DNA from: an uncultured Chloroflexia bacterium | GTDB lineage: Bacteria > Chloroflexota > Anaerolineae > CG2-30-64-16 | NCBI GenBank assembly: GCA_963810095.1 | Contig: CAWEMM010000006.1 | Span: forward strand, 384,001-448,000 | Direction of reading: 5' to 3' | DNA: 64,000 bases | Part shown: positions 49,292 to 61,554 of the stretch, one piece after another | Layout of the letters: the number at the start of each line of letters is the position of its first letter | How positions within the stretch are numbered: position 1 is the first letter of the stretch | Program-made: the position numbers and the translations under genes | The notes under the pieces: generated by a model | What the model was told of the DNA's origin: nothing | What the model saw: the letters and a program-made list of their open reading frames with translations, nothing else | Database searches by the model: none

Positions 49292-52115
49292 GCGCTGCGG
49301 TGGCCCCCGACGGGGCCGCCACCGGCAGCCGGATCGCATCGTCGGGCAGTCGAGCGCCTTGCGGGCCGGTTGCCGGAAGGCGCACCCCCGACTTCGGGTC
49401 ATACAGTCCGACGAGAACCTCTAGAGAATCCATCGCGACGCCTGGGGGCACGGGGATGAACCGCGTGTCCTCGATAAGGCCCCCTGGCGTCCACGCCGTG
49501 GTCGGGCAGGCGCCCGCACATGCGGGGCCGTCTTTCTGTGCTTGCTTCGCACCCCCGCTCAACAGATGGGCAAACACGGTGTAGTCTGTAGCCACCGGCC
49601 GCGACGAACGCCAGTAGAGGGTCAGGCGGACGCCGGGGCCCGAGGCGCCGCTCGCCGGGTCGGCGGCCTCCAGCCGGGCATCGTAGGCTTCCAGCGTTAT
49701 GCTGTCGCCCAGCCGGACGCCTGACGCGGTCGCGTCACGGCCCGGACGGCGGCTGCCCTCAACTGCGACGCCACCTAGCGAGACAGAATCGCCGCCGCCG
49801 GCCAGCGGCACGCGTACGCCGGCCTCATCCAACAGCCCTACATTGACGCTCGCTCGAACCGGCGGCGTGCCCGTCGGTATCTTCAACCGGAAATCGTCGA
49901 CCACGTAGAAGCCGAGCGGCCACCCCTTCGACGGCATGTCACCCGCCTGCTCCTTGGTGTCGTTCACCCACGTTTCCTGCGTGACGGGCGCGTCCAGATG
50001 CACATAGGACATCAAATTCTGTGACAGCGGTTCGTGCGCTTGCCAGTACAGTCGCACGCGCAGTTCGCCCCCCTGCTTAACCGCCTCCGCGGGCAAATCG
50101 TATCCGAGAAGCTCCACGCCGTTTGCAAACCGGACGTGCAGCGGGTGCGTCATCCCGGCCGGCGCGCCGGCAGGCGACTGCATGCGGAACCACTGCGTGC
50201 CCGGCTCGATCCACAGCACCTTCAGCCCTGCCAGAACGAGGATGATGCCAACCGCCCACAGCCAACCTTCTCCCGTGGGCGCCGCGGGTTCGCGCCCGGC
50301 CCCCGGCTCCCGGCGCAGCAGCAGCCAGCCGGTCGCCACCAGGCCGGCGCCAAACAGAAGCCAGCCCACGGTGCGGGGCGGGGTGGTGCCCCAAGCTACC
50401 CGTATCTCGCTCTCACCCCCAGGTGCATCCAGCTCTATCAGTCCAAACGGCGAACTGGGGCGAATGGATGCGGGTTTGCCGTCGATCCAGGCTCGCCAGC
50501 CGGGGTAGTAGAAGCGCCGGACTACGACGGACGCGGCCTTGGGCAGCGACAGGCGATACACGTCCTCGAGGGGGGCTGCCTTAATCGCCCGGACCTGGCT
50601 CCCCTGGGGCAGCGCCGCGGCGTCGATCCGCTGGGGCGCGACGCCCGCTTCGTATGCAGCAAGCAAGGTCGTAGGTGGGTTAGGGTCCTGCACCCACCGC
50701 GGCAAGTACTCGTTGGCGCTGGTCGTGCCGCGCCAGTTGTCCTGCACCTCGTGCCGGCCGATGTCGGCAAGCGTCACGCCGCCCGCGGGCACGGGCCGCC
50801 ACAGGCCAGGAGAAGGGAACAGGTAGGCCCCAATGCTCAGAAGGGCAAGCACGAGGACTGCCCCCAGGCCGGCGATGGTCGTGCGCTTGCCCTCCAAGAG
50901 CAGCAACGGAACCGCGCCGAGGATCGCTGCCAGCAGCCCGGCCGGCCCGAGCAGGCGCCAGGGGAACGCGATGAATTTGGCGAGGGGCAGGGTGGTCCAC
51001 AGCGGCGCAGAAAACGGAAGCGTCAGCACAAGAGCCAGCGCGAGCAGCACGGCCATCGTCAGCAGGACGCGCAGCCGGCCGCGCACCAGCGGCGAACGGG
51101 CGCGCCACAACATGAAGGCGGCGGCCGCGACGCCGAGGACGGCCAGCACGGCTTGCAGGAGGCCCAGTGTGTTCGGTCGCGGCGGATTGATGCTCGAGGC
51201 GTCAAGGACCAGGCTGGGTGAGAACAGCTCGTCGGGCGGGACGAGGTTGAGTGCGGCGTTGAACATCCCGCTTTCCATTCGACCCAGGCTCCCGGAGCCC
51301 GACTCGAGCAGCCAGGGCAGCCAGAACGGCGCGCTGAGCGCAAGGCCGAGCGCGAAGGCAGCGGCGATGGGCGCGCAACGGCGCAACCCCGCGGGTCGCG
51401 GTTCGACCCGCGGGCCGTCAAACAGCGCAACGGCCAGCCCGATCGCCAGCAACACGGGATATGCGAGGAAGGCGGACGGATGGTGCGCGTAGAGCAGGGC
51501 GGCGAGAAAAAGTCCCGAGACAGCGGTCCACCGCCACGAACCTTGCCGGGCAGCCTTGACCAGGGACCACAGCGCCAAAGGCAGCAGGCTCAGCGCGAGC
51601 AACTGGGACAGGTTGCCCTGGAGGAACAGCTCGCGCAGCCGCAGTGGCGCGAAAACGTAGAGCGCGGCGGCGGCGAGCGCCGCGGCAGAAACGCTGTGCG
51701 GCGGGGCAAGCCCTTCGAACAACACCCGTGCGGCGAGGTACCCTCCGATCCCGTAGAGCAGCACGGCCAGGACCTGCACCGCAACGACGCCGCCCGAGGC
51801 GCCCAGACCGAGCAGGGCGAAGAGCGCGGCGAGGATGTGGGCGCCCGGCGCGTAGAACAGGAAGAACGGGTAACCGTAGCCGAAGTAGAAATCAGGCGCC
51901 CATTGGGGATAGAACGTCCCCGACTTCATCAGCTCGACGACCTGGACCGTGCGCAAGATGTGCACCATGCCGTCGGACGTGTTGGCAATGCCGGGGCGCA
52001 GCAGGGAGAGAAGCGGGATAATCCCGAGAAGGGCGGCGGGAATGAGCCAGGGATCGGGCACAAACCGGCGCGTCCGCGCCGCCGTGCGGGCTGGCAGGTG
52101 TTCGACTGAGCTCAA
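49281..52115 (-). CDS. Membrane GT-C type glycosyltransferase (PTPS-related/YfhO-like) with two C-terminal Ig-like domains
   Basis: DGMVH...YPQWAPDFYFGYGYPFFLFYAP, FPWR, EYLP, YYPGW, two copies of LYW...(Y/F)-x-H. Confidence 0.82.
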   Translation of the reverse strand: MSSVEHLPARTAARTRRFVPDPWLIPAALLGIIPLLSLLRPGIANTSDGMVHILRTVQVVELMKSGTFYPQWAPDFYFGYGYPFFLFYAPGAHILAALFALLGLGASGGVVAVQVLAVLLYGIGGYLAARVLFEGLAPPHSVSAAALAAAALYVFAPLRLRELFLQGNLSQLLALSLLPLALWSLVKAARQGSWRWTAVSGLFLAALLYAHHPSAFLAYPVLLAIGLAVALFDGPRVEPRPAGLRRCAPIAAAFALGLALSAPFWLPWLLESGSGSLGRMESGMFNAALNLVPPDELFSPSLVLDASSINPPRPNTLGLLQAVLAVLGVAAAAFMLWRARSPLVRGRLRVLLTMAVLLALALVLTLPFSAPLWTTLPLAKFIAFPWRLLGPAGLLAAILGAVPLLLLEGKRTTIAGLGAVLVLALLSIGAYLFPSPGLWRPVPAGGVTLADIGRHEVQDNWRGTTSANEYLPRWVQDPNPPTTLLAAYEAGVAPQRIDAAALPQGSQVRAIKAAPLEDVYRLSLPKAASVVVRRFYYPGWRAWIDGKPASIRPSSPFGLIELDAPGGESEIRVAWGTTPPRTVGWLLFGAGLVATGWLLLRREPGAGREPAAPTGEGWLWAVGIILVLAGLKVLWIEPGTQWFRMQSPAGAPAGMTHPLHVRFANGVELLGYDLPAEAVKQGGELRVRLYWQAHEPLSQNLMSYVHLDAPVTQETWVNDTKEQAGDMPSKGWPLGFYVVDDFRLKIPTGTPPVRASVNVGLLDEAGVRVPLAGGGDSVSLGGVAVEGSRRPGRDATASGVRLGDSITLEAYDARLEAADPASGASGPGVRLTLYWRSSRPVATDYTVFAHLLSGGAKQAQKDGPACAGACPTTAWTPGGLIEDTRFIPVPPGVAMDSLEVLVGLYDPKSGVRLPATGPQGARLPDDAIRLPVAAPSGATAALTP

Positions 52116-52304
52116 GATGGCCTCACGAAGGGCGTGCTGCCCTCAGGCACGCATCGTACCACAGGACGATCCCTACCACCCAACCCCCGGCAGCAGGCGC
52201 TGAGGAGTCGGGCCGGGAGAGCGACAAAGCCCTCTCTTGCCTGTCGCGCCGCCCGTGTTCTATACTGCCCCCCACACGGACCTCCTTACCCGGACGGTGA
52301 TCGC

Positions 52305-53133
52305 ATGAAGCCAATCCAATCTGACGGCGGCACGCTCCAGCGTTATGATGACTTCGACTTCGGCCCCCTGGCCCCGCGTCATGTCGACGTGTGGCTGCCA
52401 CCGGCTTACGAAGACACGGGCGAAGCGCGGCCCGTCCTGTACATGCACGACGGGCAGAATCTGTTCGGCCTCCCCGAATCTTACGGCGGTAAGGACTGGG
52501 GAATCGACGACGCAATCCTGCGGCTGAGCAGAGACCCGGCCTTCGTCGCTCCCATCGTCGTGGGCGTGTGGAACAGCGCGGACCGCTGGCGCGAGTACAT
52601 GCCGCAGAAGCCCGCCGAGTCGGGCGTGATGCGCACGCGCGTTGCGCGCTTCGCCGGCCGCCCCGAGCACCGGCTCATGTCAGACGCGTACCTCAGCTTC
52701 CTGGTGCACGAGGTCAAACCGTTCGTCGACGCGACCTACCGTACGTTGCCCGGCCGCGAGTATACGGCCGTGATGGGCTCGAGCATGGGTGGACTGATCT
52801 CACTCTATGCGCTGGAAGAATATCCGGGTGTGTTCGGCGGCGCCGGCTGCGTCTCGACCCATTGGCCCGCGGGCCGCAATGCGCTGGTGCATGCGATGGG
52901 GACGGCCCTGCCGCGTGCCGGCAGCCACCGGCTTTACTTCGACTATGGGACTGCCACGCTCGATTCGTCCTATGAGCCGTATCAGCAGCGAATGGATGGC
53001 TATGTGGAGGCCGCGGGCTATCGTCGGGGCAAGGACTGGGTGACGCTCAAGTTTCCCGGGCGCGGACCACTCAGAGGCCGCATGGTCCGCGCGGGTGCAC
53101 CTCCCGCTGCAGTTCTTGTTTGATCAGGCTTGA
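52305..53133 (+). CDS. Alpha/beta hydrolase, putative esterase; apparent frameshift near 53060
   Basis: VWLPP-x-Y, PVLYMHDGQN, MGSSMGG; catalytic His motif (ADHSE-x-x-W) in the shifted frame. Confidence 0.88.
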
Positions 53134-53267
53134 AGTTGCCCCCTTGGGCCCGGATTTCTTGCTGGTTATCTTGTTGGGGGCCGGCCGGCCCTCGCGAAAG
53201 AGCAAAGGGAAGCGGCGGGGGCGGCGACTCCACCCGCCTACGATGACCATTGTCAAAGGACAACATC

Positions 53268-56200
53268 ATGCACGGTCTCAACCACGACGTGCGCGAGACG
53301 CACCGCAAGCTCACCGGCCGGCTCGCGCTGGTCAACTCACTCGTCTACCGGCGCACCGCGCCGCTCGCGCCCTTCAGCCTGAAGGTATTCGACCACATCG
53401 TCGACCCACCGGAGGCAGAGCAAACCCTGGGCGAGGGCGGCTGGACCCCTGTGCCGCCTTACACCTACTGGGGCCGCTCATTCGTGAACTTCGCGCTGGC
53501 CGGCGGGTTCGCCGCGCCTGCTGACTTTGGCCGAGACGGCCCGCTTGCGCTCTACCTGCCCCTGGGCGACGCCGGCGCGTTCAGCCATCCAGAAGCAACC
53601 GTGACCATCGATGGCGAGGTCGTCGGGACCGCTGACCGGCATCATCAGGAATTGGCCCTACCTCGGCACTTTGCCGACGGCCACGCGCACCAGATCCTGA
53701 TGACCGGCTGGACGGGTCTGCTCGAGGCGCCCGTGAGTGACCGGCTGGGCCAGCTGATGATGCGCCCCTGCCTGGTTGCCGAGGTTGACCCCGCGACCCG
53801 CGAGCTCGTCGCCGCAGCCCGTACCGCGCTCGACGCGGCCGCGTTCCTTGACGAAGCCGTGCCCGCGAAAACCCGGCTGCTGAATGCGCTCGATGCGGCC
53901 TTTGCAGAGCTGGATCTGCGCGAACCGTTCGGCGAGGGATTCTATCAAGGCGTGCCCCATGCACTGCGGGTGCTGCGCGACGGCATCAGGAAGGCTGGGC
54001 CGGCGCTCGATGCGGAAATCGTCGCGGCGGGGCATGCGCACATCGACGTGGCGTGGCTGTGGACAGTCGGCCATACCCGGCGCAAGGCAGCGCGCACTTT
54101 CCGCACTGCGCTTGGCTTGATGGACCAGTTCCCCGCGTTTCACTTCACCCAGAGCCAGCCCCAACTGTATCAATTCGTCGAGGAGGACGAGCCGGCGCTG
54201 TTCGAGGCGATCCGGCGGCAGGTGGCGGCCGGACGTTGGGAGCCGGTCGGCGGGACCTGGGTGGAAATGGACTGCAACATCACCGGTCCTGAGTCGCTGG
54301 CGCGCCAGTTCCTGCTTGGGCGTACTTTCTTTCGGGAGCACTTCGGCAAGGGCGCCGACTCGCCCGTCCTCTGGCTGCCCGACGTGTTCGGCTATACCTG
54401 GAGCCTGCCCCAGCTGATCAAGCTCGCGGGGCTGGACTATTTCTTCACCATCAAGATCGGCTGGAACAAGACGAACGCCATGCCGTTCGACTCTTTCTGG
54501 TGGCAAGGGCTCGACGGCACTCGCGTCCTGACCCACTTCAGCACGACACCCTCGCCGCCGTGGGAGGGCAACCCCGACCTCCGCAACACCCCAACCTACA
54601 ACGCAGAGCTGTCTGCCTTTGCCGCGCTCGGCACCTGGATCAAGCTGAAGCACAAGGAAAGCCAGCGGACCATGCTGATGAGCTACGGCATGGGCGACGG
54701 GGGCGGCGGGCCGACGCGTGAGATGAACGAGAACGCCCGGGAGCTGGCCGAATTTCCGGGCCTGCCGAGGGTCAAGCAGGGGACCGTCAAGGAGTTCTTC
54801 AGCCGGCTGGAGGATGAGAGCGGCGACCGTCTGCCGACCTGGAACGGCGAGTTGTACCTGGAAATCCACCGGGGGACGTACACCACTCAGTCGCGCACAA
54901 AACGGGACAACCGCAAGACCGAGTTCCTGCTGCACGACGCGGAGTTCCTGGCGGCGTGGGCTGCGCGGCTCGACTCGAACTATGCTTACCCGAACGACAC
55001 GTTCACCCGCTGCTGGCAGATCGTATGCCTCAACCAGTTCCACGATATCATCCCGGGCAGCAGCATTCACGAAGTCTACGACGAATCGCGGCAGCAGTAC
55101 GCCGAGGTGCAGCGGATGGCCTCGGCGGCCCGCGACGGGGCGCTGGCGGTCGTGGCGCAGCATGTGGGCGGGGATGTGGTGGTGGTCAACCCCGCCGGGT
55201 TCGAACGTGAGGACGTGGCCTTCTGGCCGGGTGCCTCGCCGGACGACGCGATGTTGGCGGACGTCTACACGCAGCCTGTCGAGGGCGGCCTCCTGATTGG
55301 CGGGCTGTCGGTTGCTGCATTTGATGCTGCGACATTAACGAGAGGCGAGCCGCTGATACTTGATCCGAAAGAGCATCCGCTCGTTGCAGAGGCAACGCTG
55401 CTGGAGAACGCGCAGCTCCGGGTGGAGTTCGATTCGAACGGCGACATTACCCGAATCTATGATAAGGCAGCTCAAAGAGAGGTGCTGGCGCAGGGCGCCA
55501 TCGCGAACCAATGGCAGGCGTTCGAGGACCGGCCGGTCTACTGGGACGCCTGGGACGTGGATATTTTCTACGACGAGAAGATGGTCCTGGCCGAGCCGGC
55601 GACGTCGGTCAAGGTGGTGGAGTCGGGGCCGCTGCGCGCGACGCTGGAGATTCGGCGGCGCATCCTGCACAGCCAGTACATCCAACGCGTCTCGCTGACG
55701 TATAACAGCCCGGTTCTCCGCTTTGACACGTGGATCGACTGGCGCGAGCGGCATATCTTCCTCAAGGCCGCGTTCCCGGTCGACGTGCTGTCGCCAGTCG
55801 CCACCCATGAAATCCAATGGGGCAGCATTCAGCGGCCGACGCACCGCAACACTTCGTGGGACTGGGCGCGCTTCGAGACGGCTGCGCAGAAGTGGGTGGA
55901 CCTGAGCGAGGGCGACTACGGCGTCGCGTTGCTCAACGACTGCAAGTACGGGCACGACATCCACGACAACGTGATCCGTATCTCGCTGCTGCGCTCGCCG
56001 ACCGAGCCGGACCCCGAGGCCGACCAAGGCGAGCACCGCTTCGCATACAGCCTCTTCCCGCACGGCTGCGTCATGCCGAGCGACATCGCCGCGCACGCGT
56101 ACGCACTGAACGATCCATTGCTCGTGCTGGGCGGACAAAACCGGGAACCGGCGAGCCTGGCCCCCTTCATCCAGGCACCCGCTAACGCTATCGTGGAAAC

Positions 56201-56414
56201 GATCAAGGCGGCGGAGGATGGCAGGGGAACGATCGTCCGGCTTTACGAATGCAACCGGCAGCGCGGGCAGGTCATGCTGGGGGCAGGCTTCGACGTGCGC
56301 GAGGCATGGATCACGAACCTGCTGGAAGAGGACCAGGAGCAGCTTAAAGTGAACGGCCGCGAGGTGGAACTGCACCTGCGGCCGTTCCAGATTGTCACGC
56401 TAAGGGTGATTTAG
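53268..56414 (+). CDS. Alpha-mannosidase, GH38
   Basis: GHAHIDVAWLW, WLPDVFGY, GDGGGGP, GELYLEIHRGTYT, NQFHDIIPGS. Confidence 0.96.
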   Translation: MHGLNHDVRETHRKLTGRLALVNSLVYRRTAPLAPFSLKVFDHIVDPPEAEQTLGEGGWTPVPPYTYWGRSFVNFALAGGFAAPADFGRDGPLALYLPLGDAGAFSHPEATVTIDGEVVGTADRHHQELALPRHFADGHAHQILMTGWTGLLEAPVSDRLGQLMMRPCLVAEVDPATRELVAAARTALDAAAFLDEAVPAKTRLLNALDAAFAELDLREPFGEGFYQGVPHALRVLRDGIRKAGPALDAEIVAAGHAHIDVAWLWTVGHTRRKAARTFRTALGLMDQFPAFHFTQSQPQLYQFVEEDEPALFEAIRRQVAAGRWEPVGGTWVEMDCNITGPESLARQFLLGRTFFREHFGKGADSPVLWLPDVFGYTWSLPQLIKLAGLDYFFTIKIGWNKTNAMPFDSFWWQGLDGTRVLTHFSTTPSPPWEGNPDLRNTPTYNAELSAFAALGTWIKLKHKESQRTMLMSYGMGDGGGGPTREMNENARELAEFPGLPRVKQGTVKEFFSRLEDESGDRLPTWNGELYLEIHRGTYTTQSRTKRDNRKTEFLLHDAEFLAAWAARLDSNYAYPNDTFTRCWQIVCLNQFHDIIPGSSIHEVYDESRQQYAEVQRMASAARDGALAVVAQHVGGDVVVVNPAGFEREDVAFWPGASPDDAMLADVYTQPVEGGLLIGGLSVAAFDAATLTRGEPLILDPKEHPLVAEATLLENAQLRVEFDSNGDITRIYDKAAQREVLAQGAIANQWQAFEDRPVYWDAWDVDIFYDEKMVLAEPATSVKVVESGPLRATLEIRRRILHSQYIQRVSLTYNSPVLRFDTWIDWRERHIFLKAAFPVDVLSPVATHEIQWGSIQRPTHRNTSWDWARFETAAQKWVDLSEGDYGVALLNDCKYGHDIHDNVIRISLLRSPTEPDPEADQGEHRFAYSLFPHGCVMPSDIAAHAYALNDPLLVLGGQNREPASLAPFIQAPANAIVETIKAAEDGRGTIVRLYECNRQRGQVMLGAGFDVREAWITNLLEEDQEQLKVNGREVELHLRPFQIVTLRVI

Positions 56415-56420
56415 CCGACG

Positions 56421-56454
56421 AAGAAACCAGGTTTCTGACAGAAACCTGGTTTCT
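56421..56454. repeat. Palindromic element family C, likely a bidirectional terminator
   Basis: aagaaaccaggtttctg / cagaaacctggtttctt between convergent genes. Confidence 0.75.
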
Positions 56455-56463
56455 TTTGTGCCC

Positions 56464-59100
56464 TCATTCGTACCGCAGGGCGGTAATCATGTCCATGTTG
56501 GCGGCCCGGCGGGCAGGGGCGAGGGCCGCTAACAGGCCGAACAGCAGGCCGATGACCACGGTCAGGATTACGCCTGTCCATGGGAAGTAGAACTGCACGG
56601 GGAAACCCGCGCCTGCAAACGCCACGATCATCACGTAGCCCAGGTACAGGCCGGCCAGAATGCCGAAGGTCGTGCCAAAGGCGGCGAGCAGCAGCGCCTC
56701 GGCCGTGACCATCCGCTTGACCTGCCGCTGCGTCGCGCCGACTGCCCGGATCATGCCGATCTCTCGGGTCCGCTCGAGCACGCCGATCGCCAACGTATTC
56801 AGCATGGCGATGAGCGCGGGGATGGCCAGGAACGCAAACAGGATGTAGATCGATGCGAACGCCACCTGGAACAGGCGCTCGTTTTGTTGGCGGTACTCGC
56901 GGCCCGACACGATCGAGAACTGCGGGAAGCCTTGCTTGATTGCCTTGAGCGCCGGCTCGACCTTAGCCGGGTCCGCGCCCGGTTTGAGATTGAGCTGCAC
57001 AAACACGTCTTGCGTCACCCCGAAGTCCGCGGCCATCTGCGCCTGCGAGATGTAGGCGGTCATGATCTTGGTGTTCAGATAGTCCCCGCCAATCGCAACC
57101 ACCCGGTAGTTCTCGCGCCCTTTTGACGTGATCACCGGCACGATGTCGCCCACCTTGACCCCGGCGGTCGAAGCAAACGGCCCGTTCACGACCATGTTAC
57201 GCTCGCCGCTGCCCGCGCCGGGGCTGCTCGCAAGCGACGCATACGCCTGGTCCGGGTCGCCCTCGATGAACGAGAGCCCGGCGACCTGCGGATAGGCGAC
57301 CGGGTCGACGCCGAGCATTGTGACAGTCAGGCCCTTGTCAGTATTGGTCGCGCCCATCTTCTTGCTGGTAAGCGACGCGGCCGGCCGGACGTCGGCAATG
57401 GCCGGGGCAAAGCGGAGCGAACTCACGACCGCCACCCCGTCGACCTGCTTGAGCTGTTCGGTCATGCTCTGGTTCGCGCCTACGTTGTTCCCCCAGACGG
57501 CAACTGCGGGCGGGATAAACAGGTAGTCACTCCCCAGACTCTTCCGCAGAACGCCGGTGAACCCGTTGTTCATACTCACGGCCAACTCCCCGGCCGCCAC
57601 GATGATCGCCAGCGCCACCAGCGTCGTGCTCGCAGTGACCGCCACCCGCGTTGGCTGGCGGGTCAGGTTGCCCTGGGCCAGGTAGCCCGTGCCCTCGCGG
57701 GCGAACAGGCGCCCGATGATGGCCCCGAACAACACGGCGATCGGGCGGATGACCGCGGGAGCGATCATCACCAGGCCGAACAGGAACAGCACCGCGCCGA
57801 GACCGACGATCTGCGTATTGCCGACGAACAGGATCGCCAGCGCCAGCGCGACGAGCACGATGCCCACGATGGCGCCCGCGCCGAGCGCGCGGCGCTGCTT
57901 TGCCGTATCGACAGTGGGCCGCAGAGCCTCGAGTGGCGTCACGCGCCCTGCGCTCAACGCCGGGAATAGGCCGGCCAGCAGCGTCCCGCCCACGCCCAAG
58001 ACGATCGAAACGATCACAATGGACGGTGAGACCGAGGGCGCGCCCAGGCGGACGTGGATCATCTGCTCCATCATGGGCCGAACGGCGGCCAGCGACCCGA
58101 GGGCAAACAAGTAGCCCAGCCCAATACCCAGTGCCGTGCCGATCAACCCCTGGATCAGCCCTTCCGCCAGGATGAGCCCGAGCACCATGCGGCTGCTGGC
58201 TCCAATCGCACGCAGCATGCCCAGGTCTCGCCGGCGTTCGGCAACAATCGTGCGGAAGGTGTTGAAGATGATGAACGCACCCATAAACAGCGCCAGGAAG
58301 CCGAACGCGTTCATCAACGACTGCGCGATCTGCAGGTTGGCGAACATGTCGCTGCTGGTGGAGAGTGCGTTGAAGTCGAACGTGTCGCCGAGCTGCGCTT
58401 TGATCGCGGCTTCCACCGACTCGCGACTGGCCTTGTCCGTGCCGTTGAGATAGTTCGCCTCGATCATGCTGATCTGGCCGGGCATGTCGAGCAGCCGCTG
58501 CGCCTCAGGCAGCGTGACTACAACTTCCTCATTGCCGGGCCGTGCTCGCGGCGGATGGACGCCGACGACCTGGAGCTCGACCAGGCCTTGTGCCGCCGGC
58601 AGGGCGAGCCTGTCACCCACCCGCAAACCCAGGTTGTCGGCCAGCGCGCTCGAAATGACGGCGGCATCGGTATCGCCGGGCTGCAGGAAGCGGCCGGCTT
58701 GCATCGAGTAGTTCCGCAGCCCTTGCGCAGCGGCCGGGTCCAGGCCGACGACGTTGAGGATGCTGACTGCATCCTGCTTGGCAGGGTCGTTGTCGAAGAA
58801 GTCAACCGGCAGGTTGATCGGGCGCTCGAGAAGGCCGTGCGCGGCCCCTATCCCTTGACTCGACTGGACCCGATTCAACACGTCGGGCGAGAAACCGCCG
58901 CCGGTGCGCAGCGTCACCGTCAGGTCGACGGTGTTGGACACCGCGAGCATAGTCGCCTGGAACGACGCCAACATGCTCGGGATCAGGATGTTCATCCCGA
59001 AGATCACCAGCACGCCGAACGTGACGGCGAGCGTGGTCAGAAACGAGCGCAGCCGGCGCCCGCGAAGATAGCGCATGGCCAGTGTGAATTGCAGCTTCAT
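56464..59100 (-). CDS. ABC transporter permease (FtsX/MacB-like, duplicated)
   Basis: Two MacB/FtsX units: [14 protein letters not shown] and [14 protein letters not shown]; C-terminal ALRYE. Confidence 0.92.
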   Translation of the reverse strand: MKLQFTLAMRYLRGRRLRSFLTTLAVTFGVLVIFGMNILIPSMLASFQATMLAVSNTVDLTVTLRTGGGFSPDVLNRVQSSQGIGAAHGLLERPINLPVDFFDNDPAKQDAVSILNVVGLDPAAAQGLRNYSMQAGRFLQPGDTDAAVISSALADNLGLRVGDRLALPAAQGLVELQVVGVHPPRARPGNEEVVVTLPEAQRLLDMPGQISMIEANYLNGTDKASRESVEAAIKAQLGDTFDFNALSTSSDMFANLQIAQSLMNAFGFLALFMGAFIIFNTFRTIVAERRRDLGMLRAIGASSRMVLGLILAEGLIQGLIGTALGIGLGYLFALGSLAAVRPMMEQMIHVRLGAPSVSPSIVIVSIVLGVGGTLLAGLFPALSAGRVTPLEALRPTVDTAKQRRALGAGAIVGIVLVALALAILFVGNTQIVGLGAVLFLFGLVMIAPAVIRPIAVLFGAIIGRLFAREGTGYLAQGNLTRQPTRVAVTASTTLVALAIIVAAGELAVSMNNGFTGVLRKSLGSDYLFIPPAVAVWGNNVGANQSMTEQLKQVDGVAVVSSLRFAPAIADVRPAASLTSKKMGATNTDKGLTVTMLGVDPVAYPQVAGLSFIEGDPDQAYASLASSPGAGSGERNMVVNGPFASTAGVKVGDIVPVITSKGRENYRVVAIGGDYLNTKIMTAYISQAQMAADFGVTQDVFVQLNLKPGADPAKVEPALKAIKQGFPQFSIVSGREYRQQNERLFQVAFASIYILFAFLAIPALIAMLNTLAIGVLERTREIGMIRAVGATQRQVKRMVTAEALLLAAFGTTFGILAGLYLGYVMIVAFAGAGFPVQFYFPWTGVILTVVIGLLFGLLAALAPARRAANMDMITALRYE

Positions 59101-59111
59101 GGGCGGCCTCC

Positions 59112-59848
<737 letters not shown>

Positions 59849-59862
59849 ATTTCCTCCTCTGA

Positions 59863-59952
59863 ATGGGACACTGATTGGACAGACAGATTGATTTACCTGA
59901 TCTTTTCGGAACGACAAGGCAAATCAGTTCAATGGGTCAATCTGCGTCCCAT
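59863..59952. repeat. Palindromic element family E
   Basis: atgggacactgattggac ... gtcaatctgcgtcccat. Confidence 0.75.
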
Positions 59953-59993
59953 TTCATTCCTCGTTGTCCGGCACTGCGGGGCAGTGCCGTTCC

Positions 59994-60588
59994 TTATGGC
60001 CCTGCCAGTACCTTCTTCGGCCGGCCGCGCTGCTTGGGCTAGGCACCGGCGCGGGCTGCCGCTTGATCTCGTCCAGCCGCTGCTCGACGATGTCCAGCCA
60101 GCGCAGGTCGGCCTCCAGGTGCATCACGACCTGGTCGAACAGCAGGATCTGCGCCGAGCTCGCGGCTGCGGGTCGGCAGCGGCGCGGCGGGTGGTGATCC
60201 CGTGCAGCTCGCGATACAGGTTCGCGCGCTGCGTGTAGATCAGCCGCCGGGGATCAGCGATGCCGGTCACGACGCTCAGCATCAGCTTGAGAAAGAACTC
60301 GTCCCGCTGGTGCTCGCTCTGCACCGGCTCGGCCAGCCACGCGGCAAGCTCCTCTCGCCCCCGCTCCGTGATTGCAAAGATGCGCTTCTCCGGACCGCCG
60401 TCCTGTCCAACCCCTTCCTCGACCACAAGCCCCGCCTCCTCGAGTCTGGCCAGGGTCGTGTAGATCTGGGCTGGCTTGACATCCCAGTTCGCCTGCCCCC
60501 CGACGACGGCCTCGAACGCCGCGTGGAGCTCGTAGCCGTGTCGTGGTTGTTGGGCCAGGAGCCCCAGCAGGCTGTTGCGCACCGACAT
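59994..60588 (-). CDS. PadR family transcriptional regulator (C-terminal Vir_act-like helices); apparent frameshifts near 60155 and 60040
   Basis: LLGLL...HGYEL...QIYTTLARLE...ITERGREEL...RDEFFLKL; HLEADLRWLD in the shifted frame; 3' end approximate. Confidence 0.88.
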
Positions 60589-60625
60589 TATGTCGTCCTC
60601 TCTGTCATTTCTGAGCTCGAAGTAA

Positions 60626-60654
60626 ACTATACTACCAGTTACTAATTTAGTCAA
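60626..60654 (-). promoter_or_regulatory. Sigma70-type promoter of the padR-ABC operon
   Basis: TTGACT-17 nt-TATAGT. Confidence 0.75.
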
Positions 60655-60875
60655 GAGCCCGAAGCTGACGGGAAGCTGACACCGTCCGAGCCCGCCGGCT
60701 TACTTTCGGGTCCCTATAGGCGCCGTGTAGGTGACCGACCAGCCGCAAGGCGGCGGGCGCTGTTCAAGGCGAGCTAACATCGGAGGTTGGAGGAGAGAGG
60801 TGATTTGTGATACGATGGGAACTGCACCACGCTCCATTCTCCGGATGAACTTCGACGTCGAGAGGATATCATCGG

Positions 60876-61469
60876 ATGAAGAAGACCGGCTTGACCAGGG
60901 GTGAAGTTCTGCTGGTCGTCATCGTGACGCTGATCGTCACCGCCCTCGGCACGATCGGCATGCTCGCCTATAACAATCGCGATAATCACTGGGTTCCCCT
61001 CGTTTACCCCGCTCAAGACAAGGCCGTCCAAATCGTCGCCATCAGCCGGCTACTCCAGCCGTATGTGCGAACGGAAGCAGGTAATCTCTACTTCTGCTCG
61101 GGCAACACCTGGCAAGACGCCTGCAAACCCATCACACAAGCGGACGTCCCTGTTAACCCCATTCCCGGCCGCTGGCAGACCTGCAAGCCGGTCTTCCCCC
61201 GGCTGCCCGCGCTCCCCGGTCAACCCGTCAATACGTTGGATGTGGGCCAGTGCCAGGAAGGGCGCACGTATGCCCGGCTGGTGATCATGGAGGACGGGAC
61301 GATCTGGAAGTGGCAGCGGAACTTCTCATGGGTGAACGGATTTGCGTTGGCTTCGATCGCGGTCGCCAGCCTTTTCCTGGGCCTCCTGATCGGCCTGGCG
61401 ATAGTGTGGCTGCGCCGGTATCTTCGGACCCCGGTCCCGGAACTCCCTGCGGGCCACAAGTCGGCCTAG
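60876..61469 (+). CDS. Hypothetical membrane protein (two TM helices flanking a Cys-containing extracellular domain)
   Basis: N- and C-terminal hydrophobic helices; four Cys. Confidence 0.7.
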   Translation: MKKTGLTRGEVLLVVIVTLIVTALGTIGMLAYNNRDNHWVPLVYPAQDKAVQIVAISRLLQPYVRTEAGNLYFCSGNTWQDACKPITQADVPVNPIPGRWQTCKPVFPRLPALPGQPVNTLDVGQCQEGRTYARLVIMEDGTIWKWQRNFSWVNGFALASIAVASLFLGLLIGLAIVWLRRYLRTPVPELPAGHKSA

Positions 61470-61554
61470 GGCCACGGCAACCATCGCGGGGATCGCGCCG
61501 GTTCCACAACGCGGGCGAAAGCGCCCGGAGCCAAACGGCGCGCCCGCGCTCGCC

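Noticed and set aside
57200-57232. [10 protein letters not shown] loop in the ABC permease as a decayed family G insertion
   Set aside because: The peptide resembles a PST-x-x-G type translation of the repeat, but the DNA lacks the CCTTCGAC/GCTCAGG core.
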